A stretch of DNA of 64,000 nt, from the IMG/VR virus record IMGVR_UViG_3300045988_138996, positions 96,001 to 160,000 of that record; one strand, given 5' to 3'. The notes beneath the pieces are model-generated. The model was not told the DNA's origin and made no database searches. It was given only the letters and a program-made list of their open reading frames with translations. The translations under genes and the position numbers were made by a program. Positions 48,996 to 58,762 of the stretch are shown here, piece by piece (position 1 is the first letter of the stretch; each line of letters starts with the position of its first letter). The stretch is from a virus.

Positions 48996-49630
48996 TGCCG
49001 ATTAAAAATTCTAAAAAAATATCTTCTCGATTGTTATCTAATGGACGTACTACTTTTATATATTCTAATACCGATTATAAATGGGATATACTGCCTGATG
49101 GCACTCTGTTAATAGATGATGAAACTGGTAATATTAAAATTAAATTATATGGTAAAACTGATTGGACACCTCTTGAAGAGGTGTTCGATCAGGATAAAAC
49201 TTCTAATTTAATTATCCATGGTAATCGTATTATAAAAGAACCGTTCTTAGTATTAGATATCGATAAAGATAATAATACAATTACATATGTAAATCATCGT
49301 AATGAACGTCGTCATAAGTTTTTATATCCTGATCAAAAAGATACGTATGCCGTATTCGAACTCGACAAAGGATCGTATATCGAAGATAAAAATTTAATTT
49401 CGGCAACTGTTAATAATACGATAGTTTGTAATGAACAAAATTATAAGCTACAAGAATTAACTTCTAGACGTATCGGTATCGATATCGATTGTCTCGAAGC
49501 TGGTTGTTGGCTCGACGTTCAATATTATGATATCAACAAAATGACTCAAGCTGGTTATGAGATGTATCTAAATAAAGATATTTCTAAGTTAAAAGAAAAG
49601 TCATTCGGTGTAATATACGATAAGAAATAA
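48995..49630 (+). CDS. anchor-only fibre paralog (211 aa)
   Basis: TAATG overlap. 'YKWDILPDGTLLIDDETGNIKIKLYGKTDWTPL' and 'AVFELDKGSYIEDKNLISATVNNTIVCNEQNYKLQELTSRRIGIDIDCLEAGCWLDVQYYD' match the N-terminal modules of the two preceding fibre genes. It has no distal domain. Confidence 0.5.
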   Translation: MPIKNSKKISSRLLSNGRTTFIYSNTDYKWDILPDGTLLIDDETGNIKIKLYGKTDWTPLEEVFDQDKTSNLIIHGNRIIKEPFLVLDIDKDNNTITYVNHRNERRHKFLYPDQKDTYAVFELDKGSYIEDKNLISATVNNTIVCNEQNYKLQELTSRRIGIDIDCLEAGCWLDVQYYDINKMTQAGYEMYLNKDISKLKEKSFGVIYDKK

Positions 49631-49660
49631 CTATTATTATAACTATAATGGAGTTTTTAC

Positions 49661-51211
49661 ATGGCTAAAAAAATAGAAAAATTTATGTTGTCGAAAGAAC
49701 TTCAAGATCAAATTGATCAAGTAAGTAATCTTTCTCAAATACATTTGGATCAGTTAGATCCGTCATTAAAAACTTTGCTTACTAATATCGGTACGGCTTC
49801 TCAAGGCGTTATTTCTTATGACGATTCTGAAATACGAAATCGTGTTATTGCACTTGAGAAAAATTCAGCCACTAAAACTGGTTGGTTTAATAAAACATCC
49901 GATAAATTAGCAAAGTCAATGCTCGATGAAGAGCTTAGTAATCTTATTATCGAGATGCAAGATTTTTCTGATGCTTTATTTACTAAGTTAAATAAAACGG
50001 ACGCAGATTCTCGTTATCGATTGAAAGAAGATAAAATTCAATTAAGCGATTTAAGCGATGAATTTTCTAACAACGTTCGCAGTATTAATAATAAAGTGAA
50101 TGCTTTAAATACGACATTTGCTGGCATGCAATTCGTAGCGAACGATGTAGAGAATTTGAAAAATATTATTAACGATTTGCCGAACACAGCTATTACTCAA
50201 AGCGTAGCTGATTTGCGATATCGTAAACTCGACACCAAGATTAATCTTGGTGATTTAGGTACAGATCTTCAGCCTCATGTTCGTGAATTAGTTAATAATT
50301 CTCAGAAGTTAACAAACGTTGCATTAAAATCTGATGTCGACGCTTGTCGTAAAAAAGATACGAAAATTCAATTAAGTGATTTAGAAGATTCTATTATTGC
50401 TAAGATTAATATTGTTGACCAATTGTCTACTAATATTAATACTCGTATTACAGATCTTGTAGCTAATTCATTTGATACTGGATTTGAAAAAGCTCTCGTT
50501 AAGACATTTGTTGGTGAATATACAATTCTTAATAAACAAGAATTCCAAGATTATATTCAAAAAGTATTAACAGATAATCATACTGATATCATTACTAATA
50601 ATAGAGCAACATTCGGACAAATCTTTTTTGCAATTTATAAAGAATTAAATAAAAATAATGCCGATTTAACATTCTTATCTAATGCGCTAAACGGCATTAA
50701 TTCACAGTTTGCTAATATTCAAACACAGTTTGCTTACGTAACTGATTTAAAAAATAAAAAAGCAGCGACTCATATTACAACGTTAACTAACATCTTTGGT
50801 TTGCCAGAAAATGTAATCGATGATTATTCCTCCGTAGGAAGTGAAATTCAAGAAGTATCTTCTCCAGCATCGACTACTATTTTACAAGCCGATACTATTA
50901 AAGCAGATTTTACTCAAGATGGTGCTCGTACTGCCGATACATATATTGGTGTAGCTACAAATGCTATTCACGATTGTGATGTATTACTATATTTAGACTT
51001 AAAGAATGTAACGACTGTTAATGCTAATGCTGTTAAAACATGTCCTAATTTAAATACCGTATTGTTACCGTCTGTTAAAACAATTACGGCCGGTGCTTTT
51101 GTCGGCTGCGATAATATTGCTTTAATAGTTCTTCCGGAAGGTTATGTTATTACTCATAACGAAGGATTTCCAGCTATGGCTCGCGTTATTCGTGTAGTCG
51201 GAAAGGCATAG
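49661..51211 (+). CDS. tail fibre protein with helical repeat motif and C-terminal LRR_5-like tip
   Basis: 516 aa with RBS GGAG. Repeats: 'DSRYRLKEDKIQLSDLSDEF', 'DLRYRKLDTKINLGDLGTDL', 'DACRKKDTKIQLSDLEDSI'. The C-terminus reads 'VKTCPNLNTVLLPSVKTITAGAFVGCDNIALIVLPEG'. Confidence 0.5.
   Translation: MAKKIEKFMLSKELQDQIDQVSNLSQIHLDQLDPSLKTLLTNIGTASQGVISYDDSEIRNRVIALEKNSATKTGWFNKTSDKLAKSMLDEELSNLIIEMQDFSDALFTKLNKTDADSRYRLKEDKIQLSDLSDEFSNNVRSINNKVNALNTTFAGMQFVANDVENLKNIINDLPNTAITQSVADLRYRKLDTKINLGDLGTDLQPHVRELVNNSQKLTNVALKSDVDACRKKDTKIQLSDLEDSIIAKINIVDQLSTNINTRITDLVANSFDTGFEKALVKTFVGEYTILNKQEFQDYIQKVLTDNHTDIITNNRATFGQIFFAIYKELNKNNADLTFLSNALNGINSQFANIQTQFAYVTDLKNKKAATHITTLTNIFGLPENVIDDYSSVGSEIQEVSSPASTTILQADTIKADFTQDGARTADTYIGVATNAIHDCDVLLYLDLKNVTTVNANAVKTCPNLNTVLLPSVKTITAGAFVGCDNIALIVLPEGYVITHNEGFPAMARVIRVVGKA
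50970..51145 (+). other. BspA-type LRR (LRR_5-like) tip of the 516-aa fibre
   Basis: 'DCDVLLYLDLKNVTTVNANAVKTCPNLNTVLLPSVKTITAGAFVGCDNIALIVLPEG' fits the 'ip.sVtsIg..AF.gC..L..i.lp' pattern. Confidence 0.45.
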
Positions 51212-51220
51212 GTTAGTTCT

Positions 51221-51865
51221 ATGAATGTAAAAGTCTATGTCGATAAGATTAAAAAATGGGTGCAAATTTCTTCTGACGAAGTGCTCGATGTAAATAAAAA
51301 TCTTTCTGATCTTAAAGATAAAGAGGCTGCGATTACTAATCTCGGCCTCTATGAAAAATTTATTTCTAAAGAAGCTCTTGAATCTGGATTTTTACCGGAT
51401 GTATTTACACCAGATAATATTGTTACAGATTCAACTCATCAGTTTGTTACCGATGAAGAAAAAAATAAATGGAATAATAAATTAAATGCACCAGTCCCAA
51501 TGCAAGATCATTTAGCTAATAATCAAATTGGCTACGATTCTGTTAATTCTAAATTTTATATCGGATTAAATAATCAAAATGTATTGCTTGGTGGTTCTTC
51601 TTGCTTCGACAATATTATTGTCGTAAACGGATTCTTTTCTGGTAACTCTCAACCAACAGTCATTCGTAATAATAAATTTAACGAAGCTGGCCAATTAATT
51701 ACTCCGGTATTCGTCGACGTACAGTGCATCGAATATACTGCCGGTGATTTAGGCGAAGTATCTGTATCATATACAACCGATGCTATTAGTATTTACAATA
51801 CAGGTTCATTTACCGGCTCATTCCAATGTTTAATCGTATATCCGTTAGGAAGTGTTAACGAATGA
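51221..51865 (+). CDS. short fibre-like protein, tandem paralog A
   Basis: 214 aa. 'NLSDLKDKEAAITNLGL' is a common fibre N-terminal motif. It also has 'FVTDEEKNKWNNKL' and '...LLGG'. It is paralogous to the next ORF. Confidence 0.45.
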   Translation: MNVKVYVDKIKKWVQISSDEVLDVNKNLSDLKDKEAAITNLGLYEKFISKEALESGFLPDVFTPDNIVTDSTHQFVTDEEKNKWNNKLNAPVPMQDHLANNQIGYDSVNSKFYIGLNNQNVLLGGSSCFDNIIVVNGFFSGNSQPTVIRNNKFNEAGQLITPVFVDVQCIEYTAGDLGEVSVSYTTDAISIYNTGSFTGSFQCLIVYPLGSVNE

Positions 51866-52488
51866 AATGGGTCGTAAAATATAAAGATAAAGTTAGAGAT
51901 TTGGCGTATTCAACATACGCCAATATCTTTAATAATTTATCAGATTTAACAGACAAAGTTGCCGCTATTAGCAACTTAAAGTTGTTTGATAAACTTGCGA
52001 GTATTGAAGAAATAAAACGTACTCAGTTATATGCCAATGCTATTAAATCGACAAATTTAAAACGTTGGATAACTGATACTGAAAAAGAATTGTTTACTAA
52101 TAAGATTGATAATCCAGTCATTTCTAATACTAAGTTAGATAATACCAACGAGATTCAATTATATTATAATTCTAATCAAGGCCGATTTTATATTAAAATT
52201 AATGATAAGTATCGACAACTTGGCGGCAATATAATTTCTTATACCGTTGGTAAGGGAACTTTTTCTGGCAACGGAGAAGAAACACGAATTCAACATAATA
52301 TTCATGATTCTCGAAACGTTGGCGTAACGCCTTCGTTCGTATCGATTAAACCTTTACATTCTAGTAATCAAGGTAGAGTCGGAGACATGTGGGTTAAAAA
52401 AGATAATAATTTTATTTATGTTGGTAATACTGGTTCTCAAGGAATAGAATTTCAATATATTATTTTTGCTCCGAAAGATTTGGGTTAA
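51862..52488 (+). CDS. short fibre-like protein, tandem paralog B
   Basis: 208 aa with an ATGA overlap. 'NLSDLTDKVAAISNLKL', 'WITDTEKELFTNKI' and 'RFYIKINDKYRQLGG' are collinear with the motifs of ORF 51221. Confidence 0.45.
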   Translation: MKWVVKYKDKVRDLAYSTYANIFNNLSDLTDKVAAISNLKLFDKLASIEEIKRTQLYANAIKSTNLKRWITDTEKELFTNKIDNPVISNTKLDNTNEIQLYYNSNQGRFYIKINDKYRQLGGNIISYTVGKGTFSGNGEETRIQHNIHDSRNVGVTPSFVSIKPLHSSNQGRVGDMWVKKDNNFIYVGNTGSQGIEFQYIIFAPKDLG

Positions 52489-52491
52489 TAT

Positions 52492-55400
52492 ATGAAGAAA
52501 AATAGAACTTTTAAACAAGGTAGAGGATCTGAACAACTCTTTAATCAAGAGATGTACGATATTTTTCTCGCTGTAAAAGATATCAATCCAGATATGACTG
52601 AGCAAGAAAAAGTATCGGGTTCAAAAGCTGTGCCTGATAATATAACTCATGGTGCTTTGTGGCGTAACGATAGAACTAATGAGTTAAAATATTACGACGG
52701 TGTAAAAAAAGCTTGGGTTAATATTTATGATAATAAATTCCAGCTTATTACACACCTTATGGAAGAAACGACTCCGGCTAATCCTATTAAAGGACAGTTG
52801 TGGATTTATAACGGTATCTTATTATACTTTGATGGTCGTGAATGGAAACCGATTAAATCAATTCAAGCTGACGATGCACAATTTAACGAAGCGGCTTTCG
52901 CCGATTTTGCATTAGTTAGCCCGTTACTTTCTGTTGGTAACGTAACAGTTCCGTCTTTAAGAAACGAAGATTCTAAACGTTATGAAAATGAATTAAAGAC
53001 TGGCTATCAGGCTTCTAAAGATAATTATTCTGAGAAGACGACAGAATTTGATACAGAGTGGGGAGATCCATTTACTGCACCAAAACATGACTTATTAGTC
53101 GATCCTAATCATCGTACTCAATACGTTATTCCTAATGTGAATAACGATAGAATATTTATTGAAAATAGTTTAGTCGATGATTATGAAAAAGTTAATACTG
53201 TTTGCTTCCAATATCCGACTGTAAAAGCTCAAGATAAAAATTTAAGTGCATTACATATCAATGCACAAAAATTATCTAATATTACTAAACGTTTATTTAA
53301 GATTAATAAAGATGATAGCAATACAAATGCTATTATCGATATCAATCCTAATAATACAGAATTTTACGGATTCAAAGCTGGCGAATACAAAGGTGATCAT
53401 TTATATCCATATAGAGAATCTTTTGAGACTGGCATAACAAATAGCACAGCTAATTCTTTAAATAATACGTCTGGTGTTCCTGAAGTCGATGCAATTAATG
53501 CACGACTTCATCCTGAAATTAATTATAATAAACCTGATAAACCGACTGTTGATAAACTTGGTAAAAAACAAGATGTATCGATGAAAGATGATCCAGATAA
53601 ACGATTTGGTGATTATGTAATTATGCATAAGCAAATCGCATTGAATTATCGTACCGTTCAAAATTATGATTATATCTTAGCTGTAACGTATGATTTTAAC
53701 TGGATTAATTATACGGGTTCTCTTAAAAAATTAAATAATGGTAACTTGTTCCAAGGTTTCCATATTCCTGATTTGCCAGAATCTATTAATCTATTCTTCG
53801 ATGGCTTAATGCTCGAAGAACAATTTTACGATGTCGATTTAAAAAATCAACTCGTTAAACTCGAAGATAAAGTTTATAAAGAAGACGAAGTACATATATT
53901 TAAAAACTTCGTAAAAGACTCTGGCTATATTGTCGAAACTAATCTTGACAATCAAGGCATTATTCAATTACATAAAGAATTCAAATCTCCGTTAGTGTTT
54001 GTAGCTGGTGAATTAATTCATCCGACATTCGGCGGATTAATTTATCGTGATAATAAAATCTTTGTGCCTCGTGCTAAAGTAAATATGCCATGGACAGTTA
54101 TCGAAACATATGTTCCTGGTGAAGATAATGCATATGCTGCTGGTACTGTTAATTTTGATAATAATATTGTTGCCGGTACTAATCGTGTATTGAATACTGA
54201 GAATGGCAAACCAAATATCGATGCGACAGCTATTTATAATACTGGTGATCAATCATTAATCGTTCAACAAGGTCAAATAGGTCATAGTGGAAATAATATG
54301 ATTTATTATGATCCTCGTGTAATTACGGATACCGACGAAGTAATTTTATTCTTAGATGGTATGTTAATTAATCCTAAGAATATTATCTGGAATAAAGATT
54401 ATCATTATTTAACATTAAAAGATGGTTTATTCCCTGGTCAAGAATATTTACTATTAAGAGATCCTGACGACAGATTATTCGATGGCGCTAGTGCTATGGA
54501 TACATATTATGTCGGAGCTCTTAGCGATAGTCTTGTATACCATAACGGCAAATTATTATGTAACCAACAACCATTAATTTCTCCAGTATCTCCTAAAGAT
54601 CGTCAACCAAGTACTGCCGATGGCGAAGTCGTATTATTTATGCCAGATAATTTAACTGATGCGGCAACGGTTCAAATTTATGATGATTATAAGAAGTTAT
54701 GGCGATTAGCAAACGAAAAAGAACTTAAAGATATCAAACGTATTGTTACGTCTTATGAAAATACCGTATCTTCTGTTAAGATGAATATTCCGGTATTACC
54801 TGAAGATTCTATTAATATCTTTGCATATAAGTTTGCTAGCGATACAGAAAATGCTATTAAGATTGGCGATTTTATGTTGGATTCTACTGATCCGACTAAT
54901 CGTACATATCATATGCAATACGATAAATATTTGCCACGCGTTAATTCTTTAACAGTTTTCCGTAACGGTGTTCGTCAAATACTCGATGTCGATTATGTAG
55001 AATCTGATGACGGTACGACAATTACGTTCTTATGTCCGGCTAATGATATTAAGATAGGTGAAAAGATTCATTATACTATCGAACAGTTAGAAGTTGGCGC
55101 TTCTAAAGTAATGGATGTTATTACGTTAGATAATACAAATTCAATCGGTACGAATGTATACGAAATTCCTACACAAACAGAATTATATTTGTATCCTGGT
55201 CGATTAGTTGTATATCGTAACGGTGTTCGTTTACCAAAAGATGATTGGACATTAATCGGTAATAAGACAATTCAGATTATTAAATCTGATCGTCCTTATA
55301 TCGGTACGACAGCAAGTAACTATCCTAACGAATCTTTCTATAAACGTGAAACAGATTCTTCGTATACTGTACATCATAATTATCCAGATCGAATTACGAT

Positions 55401-55770
55401 CGAGATTCGTCAAGACTATAAACGTAAAGAAGAAACGTTTAAAATGAAATATAATCGTATTCCAGAATTTCCGATTAATGATTATGATATCGATCCTCAA
55501 GTTCTCGAAACAAAAGACGAAGTTTTATTTTATATCAACGGTCTGTTTACAGGATTAAGTCGTAATATAGTAAATGGATACGTTTTAAATAAATATAAAA
55601 GTTGTATTACGTTTAATGATCGAAAAGTTGCAGCATTGCTTGCTAACGATCCTTTATATATAGACTTGTATGAAAATCCTGATAAAATGGAAGCTTGGAA
55701 AAAACGTACAGGTAAATCTGAATATACAACGAGTATAAAACATTATATCACTTATGATTATCGTGTTTAG
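52492..55770 (+). CDS. large tail fibre protein with reiterated beta-sandwich modules
   Basis: 1092 aa. N-terminal fibre motifs are 'HGALWRNDRTNELKYYDGVKKAWVNI' and 'PIKGQLWIYNGILLYFDGREWKPI'. There are at least 5 copies of the 'l.vf.NG.....dy......i.f' module ('LTVFRNGVRQILDVDYVESDDGTTITF', 'RLVVYRNGVRLPKDDWTLIGNKTIQI', 'ILFLDGMLINPKNIIWNKDYHYLTL', and others). Confidence 0.5.
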   Translation: MKKNRTFKQGRGSEQLFNQEMYDIFLAVKDINPDMTEQEKVSGSKAVPDNITHGALWRNDRTNELKYYDGVKKAWVNIYDNKFQLITHLMEETTPANPIKGQLWIYNGILLYFDGREWKPIKSIQADDAQFNEAAFADFALVSPLLSVGNVTVPSLRNEDSKRYENELKTGYQASKDNYSEKTTEFDTEWGDPFTAPKHDLLVDPNHRTQYVIPNVNNDRIFIENSLVDDYEKVNTVCFQYPTVKAQDKNLSALHINAQKLSNITKRLFKINKDDSNTNAIIDINPNNTEFYGFKAGEYKGDHLYPYRESFETGITNSTANSLNNTSGVPEVDAINARLHPEINYNKPDKPTVDKLGKKQDVSMKDDPDKRFGDYVIMHKQIALNYRTVQNYDYILAVTYDFNWINYTGSLKKLNNGNLFQGFHIPDLPESINLFFDGLMLEEQFYDVDLKNQLVKLEDKVYKEDEVHIFKNFVKDSGYIVETNLDNQGIIQLHKEFKSPLVFVAGELIHPTFGGLIYRDNKIFVPRAKVNMPWTVIETYVPGEDNAYAAGTVNFDNNIVAGTNRVLNTENGKPNIDATAIYNTGDQSLIVQQGQIGHSGNNMIYYDPRVITDTDEVILFLDGMLINPKNIIWNKDYHYLTLKDGLFPGQEYLLLRDPDDRLFDGASAMDTYYVGALSDSLVYHNGKLLCNQQPLISPVSPKDRQPSTADGEVVLFMPDNLTDAATVQIYDDYKKLWRLANEKELKDIKRIVTSYENTVSSVKMNIPVLPEDSINIFAYKFASDTENAIKIGDFMLDSTDPTNRTYHMQYDKYLPRVNSLTVFRNGVRQILDVDYVESDDGTTITFLCPANDIKIGEKIHYTIEQLEVGASKVMDVITLDNTNSIGTNVYEIPTQTELYLYPGRLVVYRNGVRLPKDDWTLIGNKTIQIIKSDRPYIGTTASNYPNESFYKRETDSSYTVHHNYPDRITIEIRQDYKRKEETFKMKYNRIPEFPINDYDIDPQVLETKDEVLFYINGLFTGLSRNIVNGYVLNKYKSCITFNDRKVAALLANDPLYIDLYENPDKMEAWKKRTGKSEYTTSIKHYITYDYRV

Positions 55771-55779
55771 GAGAACATA

Positions 55780-57837
55780 ATGGCACAAGATTTAACTAAA
55801 GTTACAATAAATCAGATCGATATGGATGCTGTGACCGAGACAGTCATCGCAAAAGGTAATCTGGTTTATCGTACAGATCATAGTGATACTAAAGCAGAAG
55901 ATGTAGATAAAGTCGGCAGTATTCCTGCCGACCACATCGCTGTAAGTATTGACGGTGATCGAGAAACTGTAAATAATGCTCTTAAGTTAGGCGGTAAACC
56001 TGCAGCTGATTATATGACAGTTACGAAAGGTAATAGCTTAACGACAAGAACTGAAAATATTAAGAAAAAATTTGGCGACGATATTTTAGCTCTTCGTGAT
56101 GAATTGTATCAGCTTCGTGGTCAACTTGCCAAAAATGGTTACGTAAAAGACATCGGTTATTACGATGGTTATTACGATTGTTTCCATAATTTTAATCAAG
56201 TACATTTAAATAAAGAATTAGCTAATACTAAAAATACTGTACAAACAGATCGTAAGTCTTTGATCTTCCCGGCTAATACTGATATGGATCAATTCTCTCA
56301 GTATGATTTTATTGCGATTGTTAATAGTGTTACAGGATTGCAATGCGTACGTCAAGTCGCAGCTGTCGATAAAGCTAATTTTAAATTAACGTTAGATCGT
56401 AATATTGCTAATAGCGTTATCCTTCAAAATGCAGAATACTATCAAGTATTTAAATCCTATGGTGCTGTATTTAATGGTGATTTTTTGTTCGCTCGACCAT
56501 TAGAAACAGTAATGGGTGATGAAGAATATGCATCTGGTGAAACTGACGATACGAACCGTGAATTTGTTAAAATGATGAAACCTGGATTTGGTTATGCTAC
56601 AACTCTTAAGTTTAGTGAAGGTAAAGCTGGCTTCTTAAAAACTGTAGAATTGTGTATTAAAGCATATGGTAATCCTGGTCCTATTAATTGTTATTTAATC
56701 GATGCTCGAGATGTCGATTTATTCAAGAATGGTCAGCAAGCGGAAGCTGTCTATAAATCTTCTCAAGCTAATAACGACGATAAATTTAAATTCTTTGCTA
56801 AGACTCAACCTAAAGCAGTCAGTGCTACAGTCGAACGTCAATACGTAAAATTTAGTTTCCAACAAGATGGTAAATATCCTATCATCCCAGATAATTACTA
56901 TCAAGATCCTACACGTTATTGTTTGATTGTAGAATTCATGGAAGTTAATACAGAAAATTATTATGAAATCGAATTAATTAATCATAATAAAAACGATCTT
57001 CAGTTAAATAATATTTTCTATAACTACGAACGCAAATCTGACGTAGCCGTAGCTCATGCTCTAACAGAAAGTGACGAAACTAAGAAATCTGATTTATATT
57101 TCTTATTTAGAACACAACAAAAATTAATGAATCAACCAAGTCCTGTTAACGAAGGTTTATATTCTGCTCATATATACAATCGTCGACTTCAACATGCTTC
57201 TAAAGCTAGAGTCGAATTAAGAATTAAACGTGAAGGTTTATACGAAGCAAGTACATTAAGCTCTCCGTCATTATTTACGACCGATGCTGTAAACTTGAAA
57301 CGAAATGCAAAAAATGTTACAATTAATTCAGTGCATGAGTTAAGTCTTAAGACTGAAATTAACAAACCGATGGAACTTCGTCGTGGCGATCAAACAGATA
57401 TTTCTATGCCAGTCGATGTTGTTATCGGTGAAAACATTTCTAAGGTTAAAGGCTTTAATAATGAAGACGTAACATTTACAACTCCGGTTCTTGTAAATAA
57501 TAACGATCCGATTTATCGTATCGGTTATGTCGTAGCTATTAAAGCAAGAGAATATAAGTTTAAAGATGGTATTATTACCAAAGGTCAATTTAAACGTTTT
57601 ATTCTTCCATTAACAGAAGTCGTTAAAGATGTCCACTCTTATGCCGACGGTGTAAGCGATCGACTTATCTTTGAAGCTCCTTTATATGAAGAAGGTCAAA
57701 GCATAGTCGATTATAACGATTTCGAAGTACAAGTATACTGGGAAAATCCTGAATTAAGTAATAGTGATGTTACTAAACAAGAACAAATGGGCGCTCTTAA
57801 AGAGATTACAGTAAGCTTTGCTTCTGATTTCGAATAA
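55780..57837 (+). CDS. tail fibre-like protein
   Basis: 685 aa with RBS AGGAG. 'VNNALKLGGKPAADYMT' resembles the widespread fibre motif 'nA..LgGk.as.y'. It is followed by the coiled-coil-like 'ILALRDELYQLRGQLAKNG'. It is the last gene before a strong terminator. Confidence 0.45.
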   Translation: MAQDLTKVTINQIDMDAVTETVIAKGNLVYRTDHSDTKAEDVDKVGSIPADHIAVSIDGDRETVNNALKLGGKPAADYMTVTKGNSLTTRTENIKKKFGDDILALRDELYQLRGQLAKNGYVKDIGYYDGYYDCFHNFNQVHLNKELANTKNTVQTDRKSLIFPANTDMDQFSQYDFIAIVNSVTGLQCVRQVAAVDKANFKLTLDRNIANSVILQNAEYYQVFKSYGAVFNGDFLFARPLETVMGDEEYASGETDDTNREFVKMMKPGFGYATTLKFSEGKAGFLKTVELCIKAYGNPGPINCYLIDARDVDLFKNGQQAEAVYKSSQANNDDKFKFFAKTQPKAVSATVERQYVKFSFQQDGKYPIIPDNYYQDPTRYCLIVEFMEVNTENYYEIELINHNKNDLQLNNIFYNYERKSDVAVAHALTESDETKKSDLYFLFRTQQKLMNQPSPVNEGLYSAHIYNRRLQHASKARVELRIKREGLYEASTLSSPSLFTTDAVNLKRNAKNVTINSVHELSLKTEINKPMELRRGDQTDISMPVDVVIGENISKVKGFNNEDVTFTTPVLVNNNDPIYRIGYVVAIKAREYKFKDGIITKGQFKRFILPLTEVVKDVHSYADGVSDRLIFEAPLYEEGQSIVDYNDFEVQVYWENPELSNSDVTKQEQMGALKEITVSFASDFE

Positions 57838-57850
57838 TTTAATAATATAT

Positions 57851-57877
57851 GCCGGGGGCTATGCCCTCGGCTTTTTT
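57851..57877 (+). terminator. rho-independent terminator
   Basis: 'GCCGGGGGC tat GCCCTCGGC' forms a 9-bp stem (one G-U pair) with a 3-nt loop, followed by TTTTTT. It starts 14 nt after the stop of ORF 55780. Confidence 0.8.
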
Positions 57878-57895
57878 GCTGTCTAAGGAAATATA

Positions 57896-58762
57896 ATGAT
57901 CGTAGATAACAAAGATTTTCAAGAACAATTAAATATATTAAAAGAAGGTATCGATATTCCACAACTCGATCCTTCGAAGATTATGGATTCAGAAGAATTT
58001 AATACATTTTTTAATGGCGTCGAAATAGCATTAAATAATATCACTCAAAATATTAGAGTATTAGAAGACGCTAACGATTATTTAGTAAAATATGTTAACG
58101 ATACTATAGATAAGAAATATAAAGATATTAATGATAAGTTATTAAACTTAGAAAAGAATTATTCGTTATATCAAGATAAAAATTTTATTACATATAATGT
58201 AGAACTAGATTCTAGTAAAGATATATTAGATCGAACTGGCAATGCAATTAGTACTGTCGATTATGTTACGATGCAATCTGGCACAATCGATTTATTTAAA
58301 AATATCTCGGCGGTCGAACCATATTCTGTTGATATTGATAAAGAACATGGGTCTGCCGTTATTTGTTTTTCTAAAAATGCAATTACGCAAAACAATACAA
58401 AAGTCGGTACATTTATTATTAAATTATTAGAACCGATTACTCTTAATATCGTAACATGCGATTTAATAAATTGTGTCGGTAGTTTTACGATTAATAACTC
58501 GATTCAAGAATATCAGTTTAATTCATATTTTAAACCACAAGAAGTTTCGTTAATAGTCGTTACGTTAAAATCTGGAAACCCTTCGACTGAATTTAAATCT
58601 GTAAGAGTTAATCATTCGAAAGGATTTATGGATAATGATTTTTACGGAGATTTTTCGATTAGTCAAAATTCTGAAAAAGCAAAAGAACAGCAAATGGCTG
58701 AAATTTATTACAAAAACGATGTTACGAAATATTTAGGAGAAAACGATGGCCGAAGAAACTAA
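57896..58762 (+). CDS. hypothetical protein (N-terminal helical region + beta-rich domain), post-terminator module
   Basis: 288 aa with RBS AAGGA. No motif was recognised. Confidence 0.6.
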   Translation: MIVDNKDFQEQLNILKEGIDIPQLDPSKIMDSEEFNTFFNGVEIALNNITQNIRVLEDANDYLVKYVNDTIDKKYKDINDKLLNLEKNYSLYQDKNFITYNVELDSSKDILDRTGNAISTVDYVTMQSGTIDLFKNISAVEPYSVDIDKEHGSAVICFSKNAITQNNTKVGTFIIKLLEPITLNIVTCDLINCVGSFTINNSIQEYQFNSYFKPQEVSLIVVTLKSGNPSTEFKSVRVNHSKGFMDNDFYGDFSISQNSEKAKEQQMAEIYYKNDVTKYLGENDGRRN

